This document shows, one piece after another, positions 14,031-24,178 of a stretch of DNA of 64,000 nucleotides. The DNA lies in the NCBI GenBank assembly GCA_048128005.1, contig JBEUKZ010000025.1:1-64000 (forward strand). The letters run 5' to 3'. The notes under the pieces were generated by a model. The model had not been told where the DNA came from. It saw only the letters and a program-made list of their open reading frames with translations, and did no database searches. Position numbers and translations under genes: made by a program. Position 1 is the first letter of the stretch. Each line of letters opens with the position of its first letter. The stretch is from Veleropilina oligotropha (lineage: Eukaryota).

Positions 14031-15899
14031 TCGAAGTGATTCTTGAAACCATGAACAATTTATTCCACAAGTCCACTGTTAGTCAAGAGAGTGAAGTAAA
14101 GAGTCCGCATTGTTATCCACTCAGATACCTGTGCAGCCTCCTGATACGCGTGATGTAGTAACTGTCATCTTCTTTATATCTTTACAATTATTAAAGATTT
14201 GAACCAAACAGCAGAGCCTAATGTGTTTTTGCTATGAACCTAGAAGCATGCTCCCGTCATGGCTTAGTGGCGGATTACGAGGCTGTGGATGCATCGTTTG
14301 ACCACCGTCGAGAAGATTTTCCATGGACAGATATACAAGCATGCATTTGCCACTGGGTGACCTGGCCAATCTGAATGGGTACCTCATTGTCAAAGACAGA
14401 GATTGTCAGTATATTGGACGAAGCGCTTTCCTTGATCAAGATTCTGAACCCGTTCATTTGCGTGTTTCTTTTGGATCGATCCATATTGTACATCATATTA
14501 TCGTGGGAGAAAAGTTAGAACAAGCACAGAATGTGTGCAATAACCTGCGTCATAAGCAAAATTTCTACTGTGAAACATGTGTGATACATATAATACAGAC
14601 CATGTTTCTGTATGATTTCATAGAATTCACAAATTGGTTTTCAAGAGTTACGCCCCTTTGACAGACTTAGTTAACTATAATAAACTTTATTAATTATAAT
14701 TTAATAAAGTATGCAAAATCTTAAAATGTTTAACTGTTATACCTCTTTTACTACTGTGAAACATGTGTGATACATATAATACAGACCACGTTTCTGTATG
14801 ATTTAATATTTATTCATCAAAGAGGCTGTCATGGTAATTTGCTATTCTGTTAGGCAGCATCTCTCAATTCATACATCAAGTGGTCATGCACTTTTTTCAA
14901 ATTGGCTTGTTGTCGAGTCGCCTAAAAGGTGGAAGATCTGGTTGAAATCATTTCAAAATAGTCTTCCCCCCAAGAAGAACAACAAGAACAACAACAACAA
15001 CTTACATGTACCATTCATTGACCCTGCTAGACGCAGGTAAAAACTGCTCAGTTCTGGACAAATGTGACTGCTCAATGCACTAACCCACTCCTGCGAGGCA
15101 GAGCAATCAGTCGAGCGAATTGGGAACCACGCCCTTGCCCATTTCTGATTGGTTGGTTGGCAACATTATTTTTACGATCAATTTTGGTAATTTTTCATCC
15201 GTATCGCAGTTGGGACACCCGGTTTAAGGTCTCGCTCCGATCCGACCGACATACATTAGGGATATGCCTTGTTATTTTATGCGGTAGAACGGACCACGGC
15301 TGGCTTCGTACCCGGGACCCATTAACTGCTTCCATTTCTGAATGTATCTCGTATTCCTTTTCGTTTTTAAATTAATTTGAAGGTGAAGCACCTACCGTAT
15401 TTGCTCGCGAATAAGTAGAGGATTTTTTCAGTTTTAAGTCTCTACGACTTAAGTTGAGGGTCGACTTATCCGGCCGACATATATCATTTTTGGGTCGAAT
15501 GTTGTAGAAATATACGAAAAGATGTTTAATTCGTTGGACTACTTCAGTACTTGTGAGAATATGATTTAATTTTTTTTAGTTTTTACATTAGAATGCTATG
15601 TCATTTAATAACATTTTATCTTACTTTATCTTACTTTTATCTTACTTTAATAACTTTTATCTTACCATAATGTCTTTGCAAAACAAATTTATTATCCATA
15701 TACAATGACTTCGAATAACAATCAATTAATCATGTGTGCTTATTCAAGTCGGCAACACTGACCTACAATCTCAACATTGCGCCCAAATTATATTCTAATG
15801 GGACACTTCAGCATATCCCAATTGGAGGTTGTTTGTGTTATTTTAACCAATTATGCCAACATTTGACGATAGTATGATAAAATACAAATAAAAAAATCA

Positions 15900-16390
15900 A
15901 ACTCTCCACCATATAAATGTTATAGATAACCCTGAATGTGTGTGTGGGTGTCCTGTCGAAGACGTCACCCATTATTTCCTACACTGCCCACTATTCATTA
16001 CTCAAAGGCAAATGTTAATACAAAACGTAGGTTTGCAAAACGTAGAGACTTATTTATTTGGTAGTGCGTACTATACGCTTGACGATAACACCAAACTTTT
16101 CAAGGCAGTACAGCAATACATAAAATCAACGAGGCGCTTCTGCTACAAAGATCATCAAAGCTATCTTGTCTCCTCCATGATGATGTATCCTACTCTGTGC
16201 ATCACATAAACACACAAATAAATTACGAATAAGGCGGTAATTGTTACTTATATGTCTGTATTTGGTATGCATAGGTATCCTGTGAATTTTGGTGAAACGG
16301 TTAATATAGGCATTGTCCTGTTGCCAAACTAATTATTATGTATACTTAATTATATTGTAAATAACCTGAATAAATATTGTTTAAACTAAA
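15900..16390 (+). mobile_element. 5'-truncated LINE 3' end (CR1/L2-like)
   Basis: CGCPVEDVTHYFLHCPLF...LFG...LFKAVQQYIKSTRRF C-terminal zinc knuckle. Ends AATAAATATTGTTTAAACTAAA. Confidence 0.75.
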
Positions 16391-17053
16391 TACAAACAAT
16401 GAGGCAATTGTGACATCGGTCAATCAAATAAACCTTGGTTCAAAGCGATTTCTATGCATAACTGCATTACTGGATTAACCAAACAAGTTGATGTCAGAGG
16501 GGCACAATGGGTCACTTAGCAATTATATAAGGGTAGCATTGCATATATATATTGACGCAAACTCGATAATCCTGTTGCTAACCTCCAAAGTTATTTTGGG
16601 CTCTCATATGCTGAGGTGAGCTGCGAGTCATCCAATGAGAAACGTTTATTTGTGGATATGGTCACTGCCACATTATCACGATTAATTTTAATCAGTCCAC
16701 AGCTTGAGAAATGTTTATCCTTAGCTAAACACCTCAATCAAAACAAAAGAAGTTAATTGACATGGGACAATAGTATTCTTATGTCAATGAAGAAATTAAT
16801 TATGGAGTTATAATGCATGACATTAGTTTAACAATATTTTATTTAGGTTGCATTCTTACAGAAGCATATTATCATGATATACAATGATATGACAGGTATG
16901 ATATGACAATATGGAACATAATATAAATGCGGCGATTTGATAACAGGAAAGCCTATGTGAATCGTCTCGCCGTGTGTCAGGTACATTTTAGCAGTGACAT
17001 ATTATACATTGTAAATTTAAGAATGCAAGAGTGAATATTGTAATCATACGCTC

Positions 17054-17236
17054 AGCAGCAGGGGGGTCAGTAGACTTTTTAGAATGGGAAAATAAGGCTC
17101 CCAGCACCTGTTCAGAACTGACTGGTAATACCGGGGGGGACTAGGGAGTTAGGGTGGGGCCCGGGGGCTCCCAGCACCTGTTCAGAACCCGAGGGTATAG
17201 CGTGTATTACAAAAAGTCACTGTGTGTACACAGCGC
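17054..17236 (+). repeat. Left terminal inverted repeat
   Basis: Reverse complement of 32516-32715 apart from small indels. Contains GGCTCCCAGCACCTGTTCAGAAC twice (17096-17118, 17166-17188). Confidence 0.95.
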
Positions 17237-17393
17237 TGTCCTGAACTAGGGTAGCTTGTAATAGTCTATTTGGCCACACCCGTTTAAACCGTGCTGGTAG
17301 TAAGAGCCCGTAGGGACGGCCCACAACCCTCGCCGGCCCGGGCTCTCTTTTAGACATACCCATTGGACGGGTATATCCAATGCAAAGGATACG

Positions 17394-17669
17394 ATGAAGG
17401 GCTATGACACCTGTCAATGGCTCACCATCAGCTCCACGGAGTTATGCGGTAAGAGATGTCTGAGCGAGTATTGCAAAGTCCATCTGGCTCGGCTACGGCG
17501 AAATGGCTGGGGCACAAAGCCCTGCATCAAATGCGGCAAGGGCGTTTTCAACCGGTTTACGTTGTGTATGGGCTGTGGGTATAAGCTTGAGGACGTTAAG
17601 GACTGGCAACGAAAGAAAAGGGCCTTCCAGAGAGAGTTTCGCCGCATGGCTGCAATCTACCACACGTAA
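17394..17669 (+). CDS. Small Cys/His-rich zinc-finger-like viral protein (91 aa)
   Basis: C-x10-C-x3-C-x4-C-x2-H followed by CxxC...CxxC. Ends 15 bp before the replicase start. Confidence 0.7.
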   Translation: MKGYDTCQWLTISSTELCGKRCLSEYCKVHLARLRRNGWGTKPCIKCGKGVFNRFTLCMGCGYKLEDVKDWQRKKRAFQREFRRMAAIYHT

Positions 17670-17684
17670 TTTCCTATTAGAGAA

Positions 17685-20600
17685 ATGATTTGGCGTAGTG
17701 TATACCCGCCCAGCAACATGTATGAACTGCGTAGTTTAGCGAAAGATTACGGGATTCCCGCTCGGTCGAAGCTCAAGAAGAACGACCTCGTCAGGGCAAT
17801 AGCCGGGGTCCGTGCTGCGGAGTTTTGGAGGAGACTCGAGCGGGCGATGAAAACGGGAAGGTTCCCCTCCATACGTGGGGATGTGGAGAACCCCCACAAA
17901 AGAGGCCGTCGTGCTCGCGAATTGCGACAGATTAAGGACGAGGTCGAGGTGGCCCTCAAGGTCCGTAAATATACCTCGAGGGCTGAGAAAAAGCCCGGGA
18001 GTCGACAGAAGCCGCTTCGCGCCATCACGGATCGAATCGTCAAGCCACACCTGCACGGTCTGACTAGGTCTCGGAAAGAGACCCTTGCGGGGGCTATTGC
18101 TCAGAAGGGGCCTGATATTCTGAGAGATCACTTAGCCTCGGATGAATACTATTCCCTCTCCAAAACGCCCCGGACAGCCCAGGACTACCAGAAGGATCTT
18201 CTAGGGACGTTTACCACAACAGAGGGGCAACAGTTCATCGACCTGGATAACCAGGCCCCTCCCCCAATAAGGCTCCCAGCAAAAGAGCCATGGGTGGAAC
18301 TCTTGAACAACGCCAAAGACGAGTTTGAGGTCGATGGCGCCGCGGCGGCCTTCTCCACATGGAGGGTAGAAGTGGACATTAAGATCGAACATGGCATCGA
18401 AGCGACCCTGGATGCCCGTATGACAGATGCGAGGGCGGCACAGCTCCTCACAGCCCTTCCAAAAGGCGAGTATATCGTTAGAATCAAGTTCTTGCGTGAG
18501 TGGGGTGAAGGTGACCGGATGGTCGAAGACAAGTTTGACCCGGTGAAAGCTGCGAGGAAGAAGGGCCAGGGTGTCTTTGAGATATCCCATGACACTAAGC
18601 CGGGTGCTATCACTGGGGTCGACAAAGTCTACTACGAGAACGCGTACCCGGTCACTGCAGTCGTCTACGGCCTCTACCCTCTCAGAGAACCAAACCCCGC
18701 CAACCTGGTCCCAATGAAGAACGGCGACCTCAACTGCGTTGCCCAACGAGTGGTTGAGCACTTCGAAGGTGCCCTGAGAGGAAACGGACTCACCCCGACA
18801 AGGCGTCAGAAAATACAGGAGTGGGAAGAGCGAGTCCATGTAACAGGCGCCACTGTGGATGATATATCCATCCTCGAGAAGATACTGAAGCGGGCGATCA
18901 TCTTGAGAGACGTCGCAGGTGCCGACATCTACAACAGTGGTAAATACCGTGGTCAAGGAAACCATACATTCAGAAACGTAGAACTCATCTGCCACAACGG
19001 CCACGCATGGTCGAAAGAGCTGCACTTTCCGCAGTCTCGCGAGGTCCACCTGTATGAGGGCGATGTCTGGGAAGCTATCCGACAAGCCACACATAATGAG
19101 CCATTGGCTGTCTGGCTCCTTGGCGGTACAGACCGACAGCTCAGCGTGAGCCAGTTCGTGCTTCAGGACGGCCGCACGTACAGGACGAAAGATGATCACG
19201 AGAGACTCCAAGAAGCCTGTACAGCGCTGGGGAACGAGTCTCTTGCCGATCGAGCCTTTGGCGAGAACCATGCAGCTAGCATTATGGCCAAGGAGAAGAA
19301 CGGCTGGAGAGCTACCCCAGCGGGCCTGCTCGATGATATCCAGAAGGCCTGCGTGGAGCATGGTCACGGTGGCCTGTGGAATTCCATGAGCTATGATACG
19401 AGAGATGTCGTCTGTGTCGATATGAAAGCCTGCTACCCTGCCAGCTTTCAGGGGAAGGGCGAGGCTAAGCCATACTTCGAAAGATTCGGACACCCAACCC
19501 ACAGCATGACTCGAGTCGCAATTAACGGTCCTCTTCCCCAAGAAATCGGGACTGGGTTTGCCGAGGTCGTGGAATGGGAGTTCGCACAAGACATCCACCC
19601 CGTCATTCCCGCCTGGTTCGGAAAGCACTTTGCAGAGAATGGCTGGGCACCGACCCCACTGCTCGCCTTCCTCGTAGACTCTGGACTGCTAAAAAGCCTC
19701 AAGATCCGAGAAGCCATCATCGCATTCAGAAAGCAGACCGATGTCTGGCTTCCTGAGAACCGTGACCAGGGCTGCAGTATCATCGGCAAATTCACCCAAG
19801 GTGCCAAGGCAGACGGTAAACGATTGACACGTAGACTGGTGATAGACCAGGGAGAGCTGGACTTCCTGGTAAGAGACACCCGCCAAAGCGGTACCCTGGT
19901 CGGCGCACCTCAAAGGTGCCCTATGGGTCACATCCTCACGTACTATGATGGCTCTCAGCCACAGTACGCCCACCTGAGGGCCTCGATGCTGGCCTATGCC
20001 CACATAAACCTCTTGAGCATGCTTCAGCGTTTCACCCCTGACGAGGCTGTCCGAGTAGCCACTGACAGCATCTACCTCAAGAAGGCCTCGTTGGAGAAGC
20101 TCGACGATGTCGCGGCGTACGTTGCCCCCCAGCTCTGCGACTGTGGCGAGAAATCGTGCATCTCCTGTCTGATCGGGGAGCCGTACCTTCCGCCAGTAGC
20201 ACCAGCCCAGTGGCGTGACAAGGGCGAACAGCTGTACCTGCCACAGGAACATGCCGCATACCTGCCCAAGCCAGAGTATTGTTGTGCGGCCAATTCCAGC
20301 CAGCCAAGCACCGCGCCATGCTACAATGACACGCTGACCCACCATCGCCTGAGTTACCTCAACGGTGGAGGGGGCTGTGGCAAGACTACGAGAGCGATCG
20401 AGCTCTTCCGGGCAAGAAATCCCATCGTATTCACGCCAACCCACCACCTCGCTAAAGAGATGCGGACCAGGGGTGTCAAAGCCCAGACCTACCACAGCTT
20501 CTTCCGATGGAGCGGCCAGAACGACTGGATGCCTGACCGCATGGGTCAGAAGTTCATCCCCCGCGTCATTATCTGGGACGAGGTCTGTACTGTTCCCCGG

Positions 20601-21632
20601 CCTATCCTCGAGATGTTCTTGGACTGGCTGGGCCAGCACGAAGTTCAGGTTATCTGCTGTGGCGATCAAGGCCAGCCACCACCGATTACGGGCGAGATGC
20701 CGCACGACTGGCTGCGAAGGACCGCGGACTACTATGAGGAGATCGAAGTAGACTACAGGGCGAAAGACGACCCTGCCCTCCAAGCCCTGAAAAGACGGAT
20801 ACGTCTCCAGCCCGACAAAATCCAGTGCGACGAGATGCGTAAGACCCTCCCTAGCTGCCTTGGATGGGATCGGTTCGTCAACACCTGGAGGCCAGGCGAC
20901 CTAATCCTCACCAGCCGTCAGAAGGTCCGCGAACGGGCTCAACAGCTGTTGCTCCAGAGGCACAAGGAGCACTTCCCAGACTCCCCGGTTCCTATCCTGT
21001 ACCACCCCAGGGACACCCGTAAGCAAAACATCATGGTAACGATTCCGGGCACCGACGAAAGAGAGGAGCTAGTTCTCAACGACGTCGTAGAGGTCACCAT
21101 TGACGCCGCTGAGAGGGCTATCCTGACCCCGGATTGGCGCCTGGGCTATGCTCTCACCATCCATTCGAGCCAGGGTCTTACGATTCACGACCCACAGAAA
21201 GTCTGGATCATCGATGACTACCTTCAGTGGAGTAATCTCGCCTACCTAGCCGTGTCCCGGGTGGAGCATCTGCATCAGCTCGAACGGGTAACCTGTCCTC
21301 CGGATGAGGGTGCTGAGGACAGGCCGCCCCAAACCGAGCAGCAGCTCCGAAAGACTATCCAGAGAAAGCTCGTGGCATACAAGCGCCAGGACCAGGCCAA
21401 GGGTCTCCCGGGGTTTAACCTCAAGGTCGATAACATCCTGCAGCTCAAAGACGCCCAAAACAACCGCTGCGCGGCATGCAACATAGAGCTGCTCTGGGCC
21501 TACCAGCCCAAAGACACACAGCAGTTCAGTGTCGACCGTGTGGACAACAGCAGGGGCCACACCCGCGACAACGTGCGCTTAACGTGTCTGGAATGTAACC
21601 GAAAACGAGGATTTGCGGTTGTTAACGCCTGA
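17685..21632 (+). CDS. Multidomain replicase: HeH/Rho-N-like, OTU-like protease, divergent family B DNA polymerase, SF1 (RecD/Pif1-like) helicase, HNH/EndoVII-like nuclease (1315 aa)
   Basis: HeH-like ELRSLAKDYGIPARSKLKKNDLVRAI. OTU-like GDLNC and LICHNGHAW. PolB motif A DMKACYPAS, B-like RDQGCSIIGKF, C VATDSIY. Helicase GGGGCGKT, IIWDEV, GDQGQPPP, YALTIHSSQG, AYLAVSR. C-terminal CAAC...SVDRVDNSRGHTRDNVRLTCLECN. Confidence 0.88.
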   Translation: MIWRSVYPPSNMYELRSLAKDYGIPARSKLKKNDLVRAIAGVRAAEFWRRLERAMKTGRFPSIRGDVENPHKRGRRARELRQIKDEVEVALKVRKYTSRAEKKPGSRQKPLRAITDRIVKPHLHGLTRSRKETLAGAIAQKGPDILRDHLASDEYYSLSKTPRTAQDYQKDLLGTFTTTEGQQFIDLDNQAPPPIRLPAKEPWVELLNNAKDEFEVDGAAAAFSTWRVEVDIKIEHGIEATLDARMTDARAAQLLTALPKGEYIVRIKFLREWGEGDRMVEDKFDPVKAARKKGQGVFEISHDTKPGAITGVDKVYYENAYPVTAVVYGLYPLREPNPANLVPMKNGDLNCVAQRVVEHFEGALRGNGLTPTRRQKIQEWEERVHVTGATVDDISILEKILKRAIILRDVAGADIYNSGKYRGQGNHTFRNVELICHNGHAWSKELHFPQSREVHLYEGDVWEAIRQATHNEPLAVWLLGGTDRQLSVSQFVLQDGRTYRTKDDHERLQEACTALGNESLADRAFGENHAASIMAKEKNGWRATPAGLLDDIQKACVEHGHGGLWNSMSYDTRDVVCVDMKACYPASFQGKGEAKPYFERFGHPTHSMTRVAINGPLPQEIGTGFAEVVEWEFAQDIHPVIPAWFGKHFAENGWAPTPLLAFLVDSGLLKSLKIREAIIAFRKQTDVWLPENRDQGCSIIGKFTQGAKADGKRLTRRLVIDQGELDFLVRDTRQSGTLVGAPQRCPMGHILTYYDGSQPQYAHLRASMLAYAHINLLSMLQRFTPDEAVRVATDSIYLKKASLEKLDDVAAYVAPQLCDCGEKSCISCLIGEPYLPPVAPAQWRDKGEQLYLPQEHAAYLPKPEYCCAANSSQPSTAPCYNDTLTHHRLSYLNGGGGCGKTTRAIELFRARNPIVFTPTHHLAKEMRTRGVKAQTYHSFFRWSGQNDWMPDRMGQKFIPRVIIWDEVCTVPRPILEMFLDWLGQHEVQVICCGDQGQPPPITGEMPHDWLRRTADYYEEIEVDYRAKDDPALQALKRRIRLQPDKIQCDEMRKTLPSCLGWDRFVNTWRPGDLILTSRQKVRERAQQLLLQRHKEHFPDSPVPILYHPRDTRKQNIMVTIPGTDEREELVLNDVVEVTIDAAERAILTPDWRLGYALTIHSSQGLTIHDPQKVWIIDDYLQWSNLAYLAVSRVEHLHQLERVTCPPDEGAEDRPPQTEQQLRKTIQRKLVAYKRQDQAKGLPGFNLKVDNILQLKDAQNNRCAACNIELLWAYQPKDTQQFSVDRVDNSRGHTRDNVRLTCLECNRKRGFAVVNA

Positions 21633-22626
21633 GAACCGGCGGCAGCTGGGTATCACGAGGCACCACGAGCAGTTCCTCACGAACGAAGCCACGCGGTGGT
21701 CCATCGAGCAAGTAGTAGAGCACAGGCTCGTCAGGCTTAGTGACGGAGCGTCCAAGCCGGTGAACCGTCAAAGACCACACCGGGTCAGTCGCTCGCCGGC
21801 GACCACCCTCCAACTCACCGGGTTGGTATAGGTATCGAACATCTACGTCAGAGGGGAGTTTCTGTTCCTTCCCCTGTCGGTCTGGAACAGTGGCGCCAGG
21901 CTTTTGGGGAACGCGAGGTGCCTTAATGGCGTCCTTGGGCTTTTTACCGGTGAGGCGGGTCTCTTCCCCATTCAAGGCCGCAACAACGGCCGGTAACCGG
22001 GCGACCCACTCCGTTGACCTTTGACCCTCTTTCGCAGACTCTGCAAACCGCATCTCTGTTGCGTACTGGTGCCCGAAGAGCCGCTCAGCGAGCGTCCGGT
22101 TGAAGCGCTCCACAATGCCCTGATCGCGATGGATATCCACACGGCCACGCCTAACCTCGACGTTATTCTTTGCCAGCAGCTGGGAAACCGCGCCCATAAA
22201 CTCCCTCCCTGGATCGACTTGAAGCAGTTTCGGCCAGCCAAGAGGACTCCGCCTGTAGATTCGCGAAATTGCTTCAGCAACTCCTTTGGCCTCTTTTGTG
22301 GCCAGAGGCTCAGCCTCTTTGTAGCGACTGGCAACATCAACCACAGTCAAAGCATACTTGTACGTTTTACGACCGACCTTGTCATGTGGGAGAAACAGTA
22401 GGTCGGCTTGGTGAACCTCGTTCGGCGTTACGACGTCGAATTTTGGTCTTGGAATCCACCGTGGCGCAGGTAAATAGATCTGCCATATAGCCTGCCTCTT
22501 AAGCCATGTCCGGGCCTCCACTTCAGACGCCTTGGCAGCCTCAGCTAGTTTCTTTATCGCGGCAATGCCTTTCCAGTAGCCCTTAGGGCTGTAGTATATC
22601 CTCGCAAGCTTACTATCCATCAGCAA
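21622..22626 (-). CDS. Retroviral-like (rve) DDE integrase of Polinton type (334 aa)
   Basis: HQADL (D), LTVVDVASRY, LQVDPGREF (D), GIVERFNRTL (E). N-terminal IYYSPKGY and C-terminal GFVREELL. No C-terminal chromodomain. Confidence 0.95.
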   Translation of the reverse strand: MLMDSKLARIYYSPKGYWKGIAAIKKLAEAAKASEVEARTWLKRQAIWQIYLPAPRWIPRPKFDVVTPNEVHQADLLFLPHDKVGRKTYKYALTVVDVASRYKEAEPLATKEAKGVAEAISRIYRRSPLGWPKLLQVDPGREFMGAVSQLLAKNNVEVRRGRVDIHRDQGIVERFNRTLAERLFGHQYATEMRFAESAKEGQRSTEWVARLPAVVAALNGEETRLTGKKPKDAIKAPRVPQKPGATVPDRQGKEQKLPSDVDVRYLYQPGELEGGRRRATDPVWSLTVHRLGRSVTKPDEPVLYYLLDGPPRGFVREELLVVPRDTQLPPVLRR

Positions 22627-22843
22627 TGTATTCCAGTAAACTGATCAGTCTCCAACAGGCTTCAGCTTCCGGAGCCGGTCGCTGCGCAGTCGTCGCCCGT
22701 AGGTTGGTCGGGCCCGAGAGCACCAGGACCGCGAACCGCACCATAGTCTTTTCGTCGCGGCGCCAGCAGTCGAGTGACGTAGTACTATAGCCCACCCCGC
22801 TGACCGCAAGCATGGCGCAGTACAGCTCTTCTGGGAGCCCCAT
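22613..22843 (-). CDS. Hypothetical viral protein (76 aa)
   Basis: ATG-initiated ORF filling the gap in a tightly packed minus-strand gene run. No motif recognised. Confidence 0.4.
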   Translation of the reverse strand: MGLPEELYCAMLAVSGVGYSTTSLDCWRRDEKTMVRFAVLVLSGPTNLRATTAQRPAPEAEACWRLISLLEYIADG

Positions 22844-22885
22844 TATTATACATGCCCACGAAAAAAATGTTCACTATAGAAATAA

Positions 22886-23341
22886 TTAGGCGAGCTTGTA
22901 GGCTACCAACCCGGTCGCAGCCATCCCGAGGATGATGAAGGTGATCTCACGTCCCTTTTGGTCATCGCTCGGCGTGTAGTAGTCGGACAGCTGGGGCTCA
23001 GGGCCACCTCCCATGGCGGTGGGGTCAAGGTTCTTGCCGGTGATCAATGCATACTCACGGATAGCGGCGTCAACATCCCGGAATGTGCCAACAGCGTGAC
23101 CCTGGCGGCGAAGTTCAACGTTCAGCCAGTCGAGACGCTCTGCCCTCTTTTGGGACCATTTAGTCTGAGCGGCGTTGAGCTGCTCTACGGCTTTGTCGTG
23201 ACGTTTACGCTCCGCATCAACACCGGAGCTGCGTAGCTTCGAGAAGAGGAAGTTGGAGCCGCTGAAGGCGAGGGCGTTGACGAGAGCGCCCCCAACCAGC
23301 ATCGCAATGGAAGCCATTGAAATGCTGCGATTATCTAGCAA
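22886..23341 (-). CDS. Viral membrane-associated protein with N-terminal hydrophobic helix, coiled coil and C-terminal TM (151 aa)
   Basis: MASIAMLVGGALVNALAFSGSNFLFS; coil AERKRHDKAVEQLNAAQ; ITFIILGMAATGLVAYKLA. Confidence 0.8.
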   Translation of the reverse strand: MLDNRSISMASIAMLVGGALVNALAFSGSNFLFSKLRSSGVDAERKRHDKAVEQLNAAQTKWSQKRAERLDWLNVELRRQGHAVGTFRDVDAAIREYALITGKNLDPTAMGGGPEPQLSDYYTPSDDQKGREITFIILGMAATGLVAYKLA

Positions 23342-23348
23342 GGTCCCA

Positions 23349-23588
23349 CTACTTCAAAACGTCGGCCGGAATGATGCCTTGCTTGATCAGCATGTCTTTC
23401 GTCGCCATGGCGAGCGCTACGTCGAGGACGACCACCCCGACGTCGTAACCCGTGAAGTCAAGTTTGGGGCTCGCTCCCTTGAAGGCCATTTTTCCCAGGC
23501 GTGCGTAGCCTATGGCAAGGCCTGACACTATAGCTGCGTGATATACAGCATTGCCGAGCATCTTTCCATCAGTAATCGGGGTAGTCAT
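23349..23588 (-). CDS. Small hydrophobic viral protein (79 aa)
   Basis: Two hydrophobic segments (AVYHAAIVSGLAIGYA, VGVVVLDVALAMA). Abuts both neighbours. Confidence 0.75.
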   Translation of the reverse strand: MTTPITDGKMLGNAVYHAAIVSGLAIGYARLGKMAFKGASPKLDFTGYDVGVVVLDVALAMATKDMLIKQGIIPADVLK

Positions 23589-23602
23589 GTTTCGTACTGA
23601 GA

Positions 23603-24178
23603 CTATCGCATATGGAACGGGTTGTGCCTAGTCTTCAATTCGGTGGTGGTTGGGGTGGGCGGGGGCTGCCTGGCGTCCGCGACTGGTGGCTGTTGATGTG
23701 GTGTGGAGGAACCAGGGTTGCTGCGTTCTGAGGACGTCTTCCAGACAACAAATACCAACGCAACCGTACCGGCAGCAACGGCTACCTGGGTCCAATTAAA
23801 TTTTGGGTCTGATTTCCGTGTAGCTGACTTTTCGACCGCGGTCACCTCGGCCGGGGTATTACCACTGTGTTTTTGTTGGGGCTGTGCCTCCGGTAGGTCT
23901 GAAGGAACTTCGCTGACGGATACTTGTCGAGCGTCTTCTTTGAGTCTTCTAACGTCAGCAAGGAGCCTCTCCTGCTTGACTTTCCGAGCAGCAGCACCGG
24001 CCCGACCCGCAGCGACCTTCTTAGGGTCCTTTTTACTCACTGATGAGGCTGTCGAAGAAGTCACCCTCTCTATCGGCGGGCTCTCGATCGGCTGGCTCTC
24101 GATCATTTGGTCCACTTCCAGCGTTGTCATCTTGATCTCGCTCTCGCTCTGATATTTTAGGCGGGCAAACATGTCCAA
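23603..24178 (-). CDS. Viral protein with basic KKDPKKVAAG segment and one TM helix (up to 191 aa)
   Basis: Basic helix, then WTQVAVAAGTVALVFVVW, then a Pro-rich tail. Start uncertain (may be MTTLE at 24130). Confidence 0.7.
   Translation of the reverse strand: MDMFARLKYQSESEIKMTTLEVDQMIESQPIESPPIERVTSSTASSVSKKDPKKVAAGRAGAAARKVKQERLLADVRRLKEDARQVSVSEVPSDLPEAQPQQKHSGNTPAEVTAVEKSATRKSDPKFNWTQVAVAAGTVALVFVVWKTSSERSNPGSSTPHQQPPVADARQPPPTPTTTELKTRHNPFHMR

Noticed and set aside
14255..15060. Minus-strand exon pair (acceptor near 14545, donor near 15005)
   Set aside because: All three frames from the acceptor hit stops and no protein is recognisable. It may be non-coding or decayed.
18201..20783. 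Long minus-strand ORFs (475 aa and 364 aa) opposite the replicase
   Set aside because: Antisense shadows of a GC-rich coding region; no motifs.
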